A DNA stretch of 64,000 nt, taken from an uncultured delta proteobacterium (GTDB lineage Bacteria > Desulfobacterota > Syntrophia > Syntrophales > UBA4778). The position numbers and the translations under genes were made by a program. Below the pieces are notes generated by a model. The model saw only the letters and a program-made list of their open reading frames with translations, made no database searches and had not been told where the DNA came from. The stretch lies in contig CAWASK010000001.1 in NCBI GenBank assembly GCA_963784735.1, positions 426,020 through 490,019 on the forward strand, in the 5' to 3' direction. Of this stretch, positions 1-10,735 are shown one piece after another. Positions within the stretch are counted from its first letter, which is position 1, and every line of letters begins with the position of its first letter.

Positions 1-10
1 AGGAACTTTT

Positions 11-1021
11 ATGATTCGGGTAGGCATAAACGGCTTCGGCCGGATCGGGCGCCAGGTCCTCAAGGCCATCCTGGAAAGGCATCCGGACACGCTTGAGGTG
101 GCCGCGGTAAACGACCTGTTTGATACCCAGACCAATGCCCATCTCTTCAAATACGACACCAATTACGGAAGGTTCCCGGGGGAAGTCTCGGCGGGGGAAG
201 ACAGCATCGCCGTCAACGGCAAAAAGATAAAAAGCTACGCCCTGCGCGACCCCGCGGCCATACCGTGGGATGATGAGGGCGTTGAAATAGTAATTGAGGG
301 CACGGGGCTTTTCACCGAGGCCTCCAGGGCGGCGGCCCATCTCGAGGCCGGCGCCAAAAAAGTGATAATCACGGCCCCTGCCAAGGGTGAAGACCTCACG
401 GTGGTGCTGGGCGTCAACGAGTCGGCCTATGACCCGGCAAAGCACCGGATCGTCTCCAACGCCTCATGCACCACCAACTGCCTGGCCCCCCCGGCCAGTG
501 TGGTCCACAAGAAGTTCGGGATCGAAAGGGCGATGATGGTGACCGTGCACTCGTTCACCAACGACCAGAGGATCCTCGACCTTGCCCACCGCGACCTGCG
601 GCGCGCCCGGGCGGCCTCCCAGAACATCATCCCAACGTCGACCGGCGCGGCCCGCGCCATGGCGCTCGTCATCCCCGAACTGAAGGGGCGCTTCGAGGGC
701 TATTCCCTGCGCGTGCCGACCCCGACCGTCTCGGTCCTCGATTTCACCGCCGACCTGAAGACGCCGACGACCACGGAAGAGCTGCGCCAGGCGCTTATCG
801 ACGCCTCGAATGGAGAACTCAAGGGGATAATGGGCTGCGAGCCGGGAAAGCTCGTTTCGACGGATTTCAAAGGCGATGACCGCTCGTCAATAGTCGACCT
901 CGAGTTCACGGAAGTCCTGCAGGGCACCATGGCCAAGGTGGTTGCCTGGTACGACAACGAATGGGGCTACTCGTGCCGTGTCGCGGACCTGGCGGATTTC
1001 ATGGTCCGGAAGGGGCTGTGA
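11..1021 (+). CDS. gap: type I glyceraldehyde-3-phosphate dehydrogenase
   Basis: Intact 336-aa ORF with the N-terminal NAD-binding INGFGRIGR motif, the catalytic [12 protein letters not shown] motif and the C-terminal WYDNEWGYS motif. Confidence 0.95.
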   Translation: MIRVGINGFGRIGRQVLKAILERHPDTLEVAAVNDLFDTQTNAHLFKYDTNYGRFPGEVSAGEDSIAVNGKKIKSYALRDPAAIPWDDEGVEIVIEGTGLFTEASRAAAHLEAGAKKVIITAPAKGEDLTVVLGVNESAYDPAKHRIVSNASCTTNCLAPPASVVHKKFGIERAMMVTVHSFTNDQRILDLAHRDLRRARAASQNIIPTSTGAARAMALVIPELKGRFEGYSLRVPTPTVSVLDFTADLKTPTTTEELRQALIDASNGELKGIMGCEPGKLVSTDFKGDDRSSIVDLEFTEVLQGTMAKVVAWYDNEWGYSCRVADLADFMVRKGL

Positions 1022-1074
1022 CGGTAGTCGCATTGATAGACCATACGACCGAAGAACACATTTCCAAAAAAAAG

Positions 1075-1360
1075 ATACCATTGATCAAAGCACGTTTTGG
1101 CGGGAGTGTCAGGGAACTTCCCTCCGGCTCAAGGTCTTTTGCCTGCGGCAAAATCCCCGATTCGCTCTCCGGGAAATTCCCTGCCCCTCCCGCCTGCCCG
1201 ACACTTAGAAAATAAAAAGACAAAACTACAGATTCAGGAGCGGGCGGGATTTATTCCGGAGGGCAGATTGGCTGGTTCACATTTCGACCCCTTATGTCAT
1301 TATGCACGGCGGTGACGTGAAGCAGACACGGCCCGAGGAATGAAGCCCAACCGCTCCGCC
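1075..1360 (+). repeat. bipartite hairpin repeat, locus A: one M1 module (core 1099-1194) followed by one M2 module (core 1237-1357)
   Basis: Near-identical to sequences at 13775-14275, 19265-19915 (reverse complement) and 37470-37925 (reverse complement). M1 is bounded by GGCGGGAG/CTCCCGCC and M2 by GGAGCGGGCGGG/CCCAACCGCTCC. It lies between the convergent gap and uvrA stop codons. Confidence 0.9.
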
Positions 1361-1385
1361 CTATGAAGCTCCTGATGCCAGAGCT

Positions 1386-4300
1386 TTAATCAGAAGATCG
1401 AATATATTTTTGCAGGAACCTGGCCGTGTGCGATTTTGCGGCCTGTTTGAGGAGTTCGTAGGGGTTGCCCTCGGCGACGACCCTGCCGCCGCCGGCGCCG
1501 CCCTCGGGGCCGAGGTCGATGATGTGGTCGGCGCTGCGGATGACGTCGAGGTTGTGTTCGATCACGATCACGGTGTGGCCGCGGTCGACAAGGCGCTGCA
1601 GGACCGCGAGCAGCCGCTCCGTGTCGGCCATGTGCAGGCCGGTGGTCGGCTCGTCGAGGATGTAGAGGGCGCGGCCGTTGCCCCAGCCCAGTTCCCTGGC
1701 CAGTTTGATCCGCTGCGCCTCGCCGCCCGAGAGGGTCGGGCTCGACTGCCCGAAGGTCAGGTAATCCAGCCCTATGTCGTTGAGGAGCTTGAGGGCGCCC
1801 TTGAGAGAGCTGATCGAGGAGAACAGTTCAAGGCCTTCCCGGAAGCTCATGCCCATCACGTCGCTGATGTTCTTCCCCTTGTAGAGGATGTCCAGGGTCT
1901 CCTCGTTGTACCTCTTCCCCCCGCAGTCGCTCGCATTCGATGTAAACGTCGGGGAGGAAATTCATTTCGACCTTGATCGTCCCCTGCCCCGCGCAGGTCT
2001 CGCAGCGGCCGCCTTTCACGTTGAAGGAAAACCGTCCGGGCCCGTACCCGCGCATCCTCGCTTCGGGGACCATCGAGAAGAGCTTCCTGATCTCGTCAAG
2101 GATGCCGACATACGTGGCGGGCGTGGAGCGCGGTGTCCGGCCGATGGGCGAATGGTCGATCTCCACGGCCCTCGTTATGCCTTCCCACCCGGAAATATTT
2201 GCCGGGGAAATGCCGGAGCCGTTTCCGGAAAGGGCCTTTTTCAGGGCCGGGAACAGCACTTCCTTGACCAGCGTGGATTTGCCGGAGCCGCTCACTCCAG
2301 TGACGCACGTCAGGGCGCCCACGGGGAAACGGCAGGAGACCCTTTTTAAATTGTGGAGGGCTGCCCCGCGCAGCTCCAGCCACTGTCCGTTGGAGCGTCA
2401 GCCGCGAGTCGATTTTCCTCTCGCGCCCGTTGAGGAAGGCCCCGGTCACCGAAGCCGGGTTGGCCCGGATTTCCTTCATGGTGCCCTGGGCAATTATCCT
2501 CCCGCCCTCGGGGCCGGCGCCGGGGCCGAGGTCGATGATGTGGTCGGCGCTGCGGATGGTCTCCTCGTCGTGCTCGACAACGAGGATGGAATTCCCCCTC
2601 TGCTGCAGTTTCCGCAGGGTGGAGATCAGCATCTTGTTGTCCCTGGGGTGGAGGCCTATCGTGGGCTCGTCCAGGATGTAGCAGATCCCGCGCAGGTTGG
2701 AGCCGAGCTGCGCGGCTAGCCTGATCCGCTGCGCTTCGCCCCCCGAGAGGGTGTCTCCCCGGCGGTCGAGCCCCAGGTAGCCGAGCCCCACCTCGTTGAG
2801 GAATTCGAGGCGCGGCAGGAGCTCTTTCATTATGCCGTCGGCGATCCGGGCCTCCCTTCCCCGGAACCGGTAAGCATCGATCATCTTCAAGGCGTCGGCC
2901 GCCGGAAGGCTTGTGAGTTCGCCGATGCCGACCCCCTTGAGCAGGACGGCCCGCGCTTCCTCGCGCAGCCGGCTCCCGCCGCATCGCGGGCAGGGGGAGT
3001 CGCCCATGAACGGCTCCATCGCTTCGAGTTCGTCCGTGTCGGCGAATTCGCGGTATTCCCTCAGGAGCGGGACAAGTCCCCTGAATCCGCTGTCGTTGCC
3101 TTCACCGTTTGCGCCCCACAGCAGAAGGCCTCGGTCTGAATCCTCCATTTTCTTAAGGGGGAGCTGCAGGGGGAGGCGCGTCTTTTCGCGGATTTCCTGG
3201 AGGAGCCGGCGCGAGATTTTCCTGAGCGCCCCGGCCTGCATTTCCTCGAGAGTCTGCGAAACAGATTTTTCGGCATCAGGGAAAAGCAGCCCGGGAACGA
3301 TGTCCTCGAGGCTCCCGATCCCCTCGCATTCCGGGCACTGCCCCTGGCGGCTGTTGAAGGAAAAAAGCCTGGGGTCGAGCGGCTCGAACCCGCGGCTGCA
3401 GCGGCTGCAGTAAAGCCTGTCGCTGTAAGTCTTCGTCCCGGACCCTTCCTCGAAGGCCCTGATAGTGCCCTTGCCGAAATCGAGTGCCGTCCGGAGCATT
3501 TCGGGCAGGGTGCCGTTTTTGACCGCACCGGCGATGTCGCCGACAACGATATCTATGTCATGCTCCTTGAAGCGGCCGAGGGCGGGTAGGGGGGCCAGGT
3601 CCCTGCAGGCTCGCCGTCAATGAGGGCCCGGGAATAGCCGAGCTTCACCATTTTCTTGAGGAGCTCCGAGTGGATCCCCTTTTTCCCGGTGACCAGGGGC
3701 GCCATGAGGAGCGATCCCGTCGACTTGAAACTCGAGCGGAGCACCCCGGCAAGCCCCTCGGCGGAATGGGCGCTGATCTCGTCCCCGCAGCCCGGGCAGT
3801 GCTGCCTGCCCAGCTTGCAGTAGAGCAGGCGCAGGTAATGGTATATCTCCGTGAGGGTGGCGACCGTCGAGCGCCTGCCGGACCGGCTCATCCTCTGCTC
3901 CAGGGCCACGGTCGGGCGGGATGCCCTCGAGGCTGTCGATTTCCGGCCGGTCCATTATCTTCATGTACTGGCGGATGTAAGTGGGCAGGGACTCGATATA
4001 GCGGCGCTGGCCCTCCGCGAACAGCAGGTCGAAGGCCAGTGTCGATTTTCCCGAGCCGCTCACCCCTGTGATCGCCACCATTTTTTCCCGGGGCACGCTG
4101 ACATCGATGTTCTTGAGGTTGTGCTCGCGCGCGCCCTTGACGAGAATGAAATCGCTTGCCGGTGCGCTGGCCGGCCCGGTCCGCTTTGCCGCGCGTCCCG
4201 GCCGGGGCCTGATTGGTGCCTTGAGAGCGGGCGCAGGTATTGTCCCGTAGGGGAGCCAAGCTCCGCAATTTCTTCGGGAGTGCCTTCTCCCACGATACAG

Positions 4301-7013
4301 CCCCCGCCGTCGCCCCCTTCCGGGCCGAGGTCTATCACGTGGTCGGCGCATTTGATCAGTTCGGGGTTGTGCTCGATGACGAGAATCGAGTTGCCGTTTT
4401 CGATCAGGCTCGAGAAGGCCGAGATCAGGCGGGCGACATCGGCCGCGTGCAGGCCGACCGTGGGCTCGTCGAAGATGAACAGGGTGCCGGGGCCGCCTTT
4501 TTCCCCTGCCTGCGCCTTGCCCAGCTCCCGGGCGAGCTTCAGCCTCTGGGCCTCTCCCCCCGAGAGGGTGTTTATGGACTGGCCCAGCCTGAGATAACCG
4601 AGCCCGACCGCGATTACGGGCTGCAGCGGCCTGGTTATCCTCGGGTAAGCGGCAAAGAAGGATGCGGCTTCCTGCACGGTCAAGGAAAGGATGTCATGAA
4701 TGTTCTTCCCCTCGAACCTGACCTCGAGGACGTCGTCCCGGAAGCGCCTGCCGTCGCATGTCGGGCAGGGCAGGTAGATGTCGGACAGGAACTGCATCTC
4801 GACCTTTTCGAATCCCTCGCCGCCGCATTCCTCGCAGCGCCCCCCGGCCGCGTTGAAAGAGAAATGGGAGGGCTTGTAGCCGCGCACCTGGGCAAGCGGC
4901 TGGGAGGCGAGGATTGTCCGGATACCGTCGAGGCACTTGAGGTATGTTGCCGGCGTGGCGCGCGGGGTCCGGCCGATCGGCTCCTGGTCGACGAGGGAGA
5001 CGGAGCCCACCAGCTCGTGCCCCTTTATTTCCCCTATTTTTCCGGCGCCGGCGCGCTTCTCCGCCCTTGAGGTAGTGCAGGTTGCGATACAGCGTTTCCA
5101 CGGCAAGCGTGCTCTTGCCCGAACCGGAAACCCCGGTGAGCGCCGTCATCACGCCCAGGGGTATCCTGACGTCGATTCCCTTGAGGTTATGCTCCGAGGC
5201 GCCTCGCAATTCCAGGAACCCGGAAGGGCTCCTCCTCTTTTCCGGGACCGGGATCGCGAGCCGTCCCGCGAGGTAGCTGCCGGTGAGGGACCTTTTTTCC
5301 CCGCAGATCCTGCCGGCGGGGCCGCTGTAGATCAGCTGCCCTCCTTTTTCCCCGGCCCCGGGCCCCAGGTCGATTACGTTGTCGGCGGACCTGATGATCT
5401 CGGGGTCGTGTTCGACAACGACAATGGTGTTGCCCTGGTCCCGCAGTTTTTTCAGCAGCCCGATCAGGCGGGCCGAATCGCGCGGGTGCAGGCCCACCGT
5501 CGGCTCGTCAAGGATGTAGAGGGTGTTCACCAGGGACGAGCCGAGGGCCTTTGTCAGGCTCACCCTTTCCATCTCCCCTCCGGAAAGCGTGCGGGACTGC
5601 CTGTCCAGGGAAAGGTATCCGAGCCCGACGTCGAGCAGGTAACCCAGCCTGCGGTTTATTTCCCCGAGCAGCATCAGGGAGGCTTCATCGAGTCCCTGCG
5701 GACGAGAGCTCCCGGAAGAATTTATGAGAACCGGAAATGGGCATTGCGTAAACTTCCGGGATGCTCCTGCCCCCGATGCGCCAGTTCAGCGCTTCCGGCA
5801 CAAGCCGCGTGCCGCCGCAGGCGGGGCAGGCGTGGTAGCCGCGGTAACGGGCAAGGAACACCCGGACATGGAGCTTGTAGCGCTTCGTCTCGAGCCACTG
5901 GAAAAACCCCCGGACGCCATAGAAACGGGAATCCCCATCGAAAATGGCCTGCTTTATCCGCTTCCGCCAGTTGCGAGAAGGGGACATCGACCGGGATCTT
6001 CCTGCGGGCGCAGAAATTCAGCAGGTCCTGGAACTCTTCGCGGGCTATTCCGGTCCAGGGCTTGACGGCGCCCTCGCGGACCGTCTTCCTCGGGTCCGGC
6101 ACCACGAGATCGGGGTCGATGTCGATGATCCTGCCGAAGCCCCGGCACTCCGGGCAGGCCCCCGCGGGCGAGTTAAATGAAAACAGGTTGGGGGAGGGCT
6201 CCGTGAACTTCAGGGAGCAGTACGGGCATTCGAGGCGCGAACTGAAGCGGAGCGGCTCTGCACCATTAGAGCCGGGCAGGTGAACGTTCACATAGCCTTT
6301 TCCCGCGGTCAGGGCGGCCTCGACGGAATCTATGATCCTCTTTCGCTCGCCGTTTTTAAGGACCAGCCGGTCTACCAGGAGGTCGGGCAGGAGCCGGGCA
6401 GGAGGTCGGGCAATGGTTCCCCGCTGCCGGCATCGGCGGCCCGAAAGTCGTCTACGTCCATGACCCGGCCGTCTTTCCAGAGCCTGTCGAAGCCCGCGGC
6501 CCTGAGCGTGTCCGGGTTGTATTCATTTTGTATTTCCGGGGGCAGGGGGGCGGTTATCACCAGCGGGCCGCCTTCCCCGGCGCCGGATTCCCTGATTGCC
6601 TGGTAAACGGATTGCGGCGTGTGCTTCCTCACGGTCCTGCCGCACCCCGGGCAGTGGAGCTTCGCGGTGCGCGCGAAGAGCATTTTCATGAAATCGTTGA
6701 TTTCGGTGATCGTGCCGACTGTCGAGCGGGAAGTGCGGACGGGGTCTCCCTGCTCGATCGCCAGGGCCGGCGGGATGCCCTCGATCTTTTCCGCCCTGGG
6801 CCTGTCCATGCGCTCCATGAACTGGCGGGCGTACGGCGAAAACGTCTCGATGTAGCGCCTCTGCCCCTCGGCATAAAGGGTGTCGAAGGCGAGCGAGGAC
6901 TTGCCGGCCCCGCTCACGCCCGTTATGACCGTTATGCGGTTGAGCGGGATCTCCAGGTCAAAACCCTTGAGGTTGTTGTGGCTCGCGCCTTTGATTCTTA
7001 TGCAGTTATCCAT
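1386..7013 (-). CDS. uvrA: tandem-fused double UvrA-like excinuclease ABC subunit A (about 1875 codons); reading frame changes at least 9 times in this assembly
   Basis: ORF fragments 6372-7013, 5722-6291, 5685-5987, 4694-5674, 4060-5106, 3617-4351, 3553-3909, 2096-3499, 1828-2322 and 1386-1859 tile two complete UvrA units. There are four Walker A motifs (TGVSG[AS]GKS), four LSGGE signatures and Zn-finger CxxC pairs. The first unit ends ...TGQYLRP; after a Pro/Ala/Arg-rich linker the second unit starts [17 protein letters not shown] and ends ...[15 protein letters not shown]. Confidence 0.8.
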
Positions 7014-7124
7014 CTTGCTTTCAAACGGTTTGAGGGAGGGAGTATCTGCTTGAGAAGGGTGAAGAATCCTTGTGAAAAATTCCCTGTCCTGCCGGGCGGC
7101 ATTATATCATTCAAATCCCTGCTG

Positions 7125-7943
7125 TCAATCGCGGGGGTCGACCAGTTCCGGCCCGTCGATCGTGATTTCAATGTTTTTCGGCTGGTCCGGCGCCAGGGCC
7201 TGGGCGGCGCTGCCGCCGTTCACGGCCACTTCCAGGAGGCCTGAACTGCCGAACAGGGCCAGCAGGGTGCCTTCCGGGACCGAGCTGTATGTCCGGTGGA
7301 TATGGAACAATTCCAGGCCCCCGACCCTGATATGGGGCCGGCCGTGGCCGATGAACTTCAACACGGTTTCGCGCCGCAGGTTGGAGACGAGGTTGCCGAA
7401 AACATCGGCGCGGATGATCCGGCCATGCAGCCGCCCGCCCTCGACAAAAGGCTCTTCAGTCTCGAGCCTCACCGGGTCGGCAATGGCGGGGCCCATTGAG
7501 GATATATCGGCCCCTGCGGAGATCCATGCGGCGACCGGCCCGAATATGTCCCTGCCGTGGAAAGTGGGGCTTACCTGTTTCCTGAAGTACCGGGGGTTGG
7601 TAAGGTGAACGGTCCTGGCCTCAAGGTTGCCTATTACCGGCCATAATACCCCGTTGTCCGGGCCGACGAAAAAGTACCCGCCGCCCTCAGCGGCAATGGG
7701 GCGCCGCCTGCTGCCGACCCCCGGGTCCACCACGGCCAGGTGGACGGTCCCGGGCGGGAAGAACGCGTAGTTTTCCAGGATAGCCATCGCAGCGTCCGCA
7801 ATGGACCCCCTGGGGATATTGTGGTTTATGTCCACGAGGACGACGCGGGGGTTCACGCTCAGGATTGCCCCTTTCAGCGCCCCGGCATAAGAATCGCCTA
7901 GACCGAAATCAGTGGTGAGAGTTATTATCCCGGAGGGCCCCAT
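7125..7943 (-). CDS. SAM hydrolase / SAM-dependent halogenase family protein (DUF62, S-adenosyl-L-methionine hydroxide adenosyltransferase type)
   Basis: Intact 272-aa ORF. The N-terminal ITLTTDFGLGDSYAGALKG, VVDPGVG and FHGRDIF blocks are typical of the DUF62/SalL/FlA fold family. Confidence 0.8.
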   Translation of the reverse strand: MGPSGIITLTTDFGLGDSYAGALKGAILSVNPRVVLVDINHNIPRGSIADAAMAILENYAFFPPGTVHLAVVDPGVGSRRRPIAAEGGGYFFVGPDNGVLWPVIGNLEARTVHLTNPRYFRKQVSPTFHGRDIFGPVAAWISAGADISSMGPAIADPVRLETEEPFVEGGRLHGRIIRADVFGNLVSNLRRETVLKFIGHGRPHIRVGGLELFHIHRTYSSVPEGTLLALFGSSGLLEVAVNGGSAAQALAPDQPKNIEITIDGPELVDPRD

Positions 7944-8999
7944 TTATCCCTTGACCCTCCTGTATGCCCATAAATTCAGATAAAAGAACAGGGTCAGGGG
8001 ACCGCAGCCCCTGATTATCCTGAATGCCAGCGAACTGACTTCCTTTTGAGACGTGACTTTCGGGTCCGCAAGGTACACCGCGGGAAGGCCACGGCAGATC
8101 ATGCGGTGGAAATTGGCGTGGGGAAGCGCCCTTGCTCCCTCGTCTGCCTTGCGGAAGAAAAAGAGGATCCTCCGGACCGCCTCCCCGGGGCTCTCGTAAT
8201 AAGAGCAGAAGCTGAGGTCCCCCCCGGCGCGGTCCTCCTCCTGGTCGACAAGATAGTCCAGGAGGATGTGCAGCCCCTGGATCCAGGGGAAGTAGGCCTT
8301 TTTTATCAGGAGCGCCGCGGCGGGCGAAAGGGAGCCGCTCAGGGCCGAACTGACCAGGGCATAGATGCCGAGGGTGGAACCGGTGCTGGCCGCGAATTCC
8401 TGCCATTCCATACCGGGGAAATGTTCCCGGTTGGAGGCGAACCAGCTTTTCAGGCGCTCGAGCCTCTCGTCCCTCCTGACATGCTTGTGCACCTGGAGCT
8501 CGCCGTAGAACCTCGAGAGTTCCAGGGTCAACGGCATAATTGCATCGTATCCAGGCAGCGTCGAGAGCACCTGCTGGCAGGTACGGACAAGTTCGTGCAG
8601 GTAGCCGCCGTCGTCCTGCTCGGCGCGGAACCTGTAATAATTGGCCGGCTGTGCCCCCGGCGTCAGGGCGTGGAGCATGGACTGGTGCAGCGCCTCGAAG
8701 TCGGCGGGGTCAAGCGAAGTGCCCCTGTCGCAGAGGTTGTCGAGGTAGTCGCTGATTGACTGGTAGGCGACCATGAACCTTATCCCGTCGTCCATCCTCC
8801 GCCCGGCCAGCAGGCCGTAGAGCGAGCCGCCGTCGCAGTGAAACGCCTTCTTTTTGATGGCCATGAGCGCCTGGCGGCGCAGTTCGGGGTCAGGTATTTT
8901 CCCGGCCCTTTCTTCCCAGCCTTTCAGGTAATGGCTCGCCCTCGGGATCGACTCGAGCGCTCTGAGCATCATTGTCCAGGGTTTCTCCGGAACCAGCAA
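7944..8999 (-). CDS. tetraprenyl-beta-curcumene synthase family protein (DUF2600, YtpB-like)
   Basis: Intact 351-aa ORF. The blocks KKAFHCDGGSLYGLLAG and AYQSISDYLDNLCDRGTSLDP match my recollection of the YtpB/DUF2600 family. Its stop codon abuts the start of the DUF62 gene. Confidence 0.65.
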   Translation of the reverse strand: MLVPEKPWTMMLRALESIPRASHYLKGWEERAGKIPDPELRRQALMAIKKKAFHCDGGSLYGLLAGRRMDDGIRFMVAYQSISDYLDNLCDRGTSLDPADFEALHQSMLHALTPGAQPANYYRFRAEQDDGGYLHELVRTCQQVLSTLPGYDAIMPLTLELSRFYGELQVHKHVRRDERLERLKSWFASNREHFPGMEWQEFAASTGSTLGIYALVSSALSGSLSPAAALLIKKAYFPWIQGLHILLDYLVDQEEDRAGGDLSFCSYYESPGEAVRRILFFFRKADEGARALPHANFHRMICRGLPAVYLADPKVTSQKEVSSLAFRIIRGCGPLTLFFYLNLWAYRRVKG

Positions 9000-9145
9000 A
9001 CCAGCCTCTCAATCTCAGCAATAGGCTCAGGATAATAAAGAATTTTTATTTTAAGTCAATAACGGCGTAGGCAGGGGAAGCCGCTCAATTGAATTTTTGG
9101 GGACTTTCGGATAACCTGCAATAAAAAAGAAAGGGGTTGGGATCA

Positions 9146-9460
9146 ATGGAGCAGAAATCTCCCGAAGTTTTGGCTGCCCTGGTCGAATACCAGGCTAATT
9201 CAATCGTGAGCCGGGAAATTGTCAAGAAAGACACCGGCAACGTGACGCTCTTCGCGTTTGACGAGGGGCAGGGGCTCAGCGAGCACACGGCCCCCTTTGA
9301 CGCCCTTGTGGTTGTCCTGGACGGGGCCGCCCTGATTACCATTGCGGGAACGGAGCACAAGCTCGTCGCGGGGCAGTTTATCATCATGCCGGCCGGAAAG
9401 CCGCATGCCCTGAAGGCGCCTTCCCGGTTCAAGATGCTGCTCGTGATGATAAGGTCCTGA
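9146..9460 (+). CDS. cupin domain protein
   Basis: About 104-aa ORF with a cupin-like G-x5-H-x-A...G...P-x-G-x-P-H pattern (GQGLSEHTAPFD...IIMPAGKPHAL). An AAAGGGG ribosome-binding site precedes the ATG at 9146. Confidence 0.75.
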   Translation: MEQKSPEVLAALVEYQANSIVSREIVKKDTGNVTLFAFDEGQGLSEHTAPFDALVVVLDGAALITIAGTEHKLVAGQFIIMPAGKPHALKAPSRFKMLLVMIRS

Positions 9461-10734
9461 TGCCCCTTTTCCGGATCCAGGGCGTGCGGTTCGCCCTGCG
9501 CGCCCTCGAGTCGCGCAATTACAGGCTGTTTTTCGGCGGCCAGAGCCTGTCGCTGATCGGCACGTGGATGCAGCAGCTGGCGATGGGCTGGCTCGTTTAC
9601 AGGCTTACCAACTCTGCCTTCCTCCTGGGCATAATCGGCTTTTCCTCCCAGGTCCCGACCCTGCTGATCGGGCCCCTTGCCGGGGTCTATTCCGACAGGT
9701 GGGACCGGTACCGAATCCTGATCACGACCCAGTCGCTCGCCATGCTGCAGGCCCTTGCCCTTGCCGCGCTGACTTTTTCGGGATGGGTCACCTTCGACTG
9801 GCTTGTGGCCCTTGCCGTGTTCCTGGGTTTTGTGAACGCCTTTGACATCCCGGCCCGGCAGTCGTTTATTATCCAGATCGTGGAAAAGAAGGAAGACCTG
9901 GGCAACGCCATAGCCCTCAACTCCCTGATGTTCAACGGGGCGAGGCTGATCGGCCCATCCGTGGCGGGCATAATCATCAGTTTCACGGGGGAGGGTGCCT
10001 GTTTCCTTTTAAACGGCCTGAGCTTTGCGGGTATCCTTTTGGCGCTGCGCGCCATCCGGGTGCTGCCCCGGGAAAAGCAGCCCGAGACCCGCGTGTGGCA
10101 GGGGTTGCGCGAAGGCTTCAGTTACGCGTTCGGATTTGCCCCCATCCGCTATATCCTGCTGCAGCTCGCCGCGATCAGCTTTATGGGCATGCCCTATACC
10201 GTCCTCATGCCGGTTTTCGCCAGGGACATCCTCTCCGGGGGCCCGGGGACGCTCGGGCTGCTGATGGCATGTTCGGGGACAGGCGCGCTGGTGGGGGCGG
10301 CGTTTCTCGCGGCCCGCAAGTCCATCCTGGGCCTGGGCAAATGGATAGTATACGGCTCGGTCCTTTTCGGCGGGGCGATCATTGTTTTTTCCCTGTCGAC
10401 AGCCTTGTGGCTTTCGTCCTTAATGATGCTCTTTTCGGGCTTTGGGATGATTATCCAGATGGCCTCGAGCAACACGATCCTTCAGACCATAGTCGAGGAG
10501 GACAAGAGGGGGCGGGTCATGAGCTTTTTCGCGTTCGCCATTATAGGCACGACCCCGCTCGGGAGCTTTTTCGCCGGTCTGCTCGGGGAAAAAATAGGCG
10601 TGGTGCCCACCCTGGCAATAAGCGGGATCACCTGCATTGCGGGCGCCCTGCTCTTTGCCGGCAGGCTCCCGCAAATCAGGTTGATGATCCGCCCCATCTA
10701 CCAGAGAATGGGGATAGGTCGGGCCGAAAGCTGA
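9460..10734 (+). CDS. MFS transporter (EntS/DUF894-like)
   Basis: Intact 424-aa ORF with about 12 hydrophobic segments. The start overlaps the cupin stop (TGATG). Confidence 0.85.
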   Translation: MPLFRIQGVRFALRALESRNYRLFFGGQSLSLIGTWMQQLAMGWLVYRLTNSAFLLGIIGFSSQVPTLLIGPLAGVYSDRWDRYRILITTQSLAMLQALALAALTFSGWVTFDWLVALAVFLGFVNAFDIPARQSFIIQIVEKKEDLGNAIALNSLMFNGARLIGPSVAGIIISFTGEGACFLLNGLSFAGILLALRAIRVLPREKQPETRVWQGLREGFSYAFGFAPIRYILLQLAAISFMGMPYTVLMPVFARDILSGGPGTLGLLMACSGTGALVGAAFLAARKSILGLGKWIVYGSVLFGGAIIVFSLSTALWLSSLMMLFSGFGMIIQMASSNTILQTIVEEDKRGRVMSFFAFAIIGTTPLGSFFAGLLGEKIGVVPTLAISGITCIAGALLFAGRLPQIRLMIRPIYQRMGIGRAES

Positions 10735-10735
10735 T

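Noticed and set aside
1097-1315. ORFs running through the M1/M2 repeats (1097-1315, 14003-14209, 19716-19979, 13426-14046), with a recurring peptide ...ERAGFIPEGRLAGS.FD.L.HYARR.
   Set aside because: The frame is open only in copies A and B. Copies C2, D1 and D2 have TGA within GGAGGGCTGATT. Frames and starts differ between loci, and conservation follows the nucleotide hairpin structure rather than codons.
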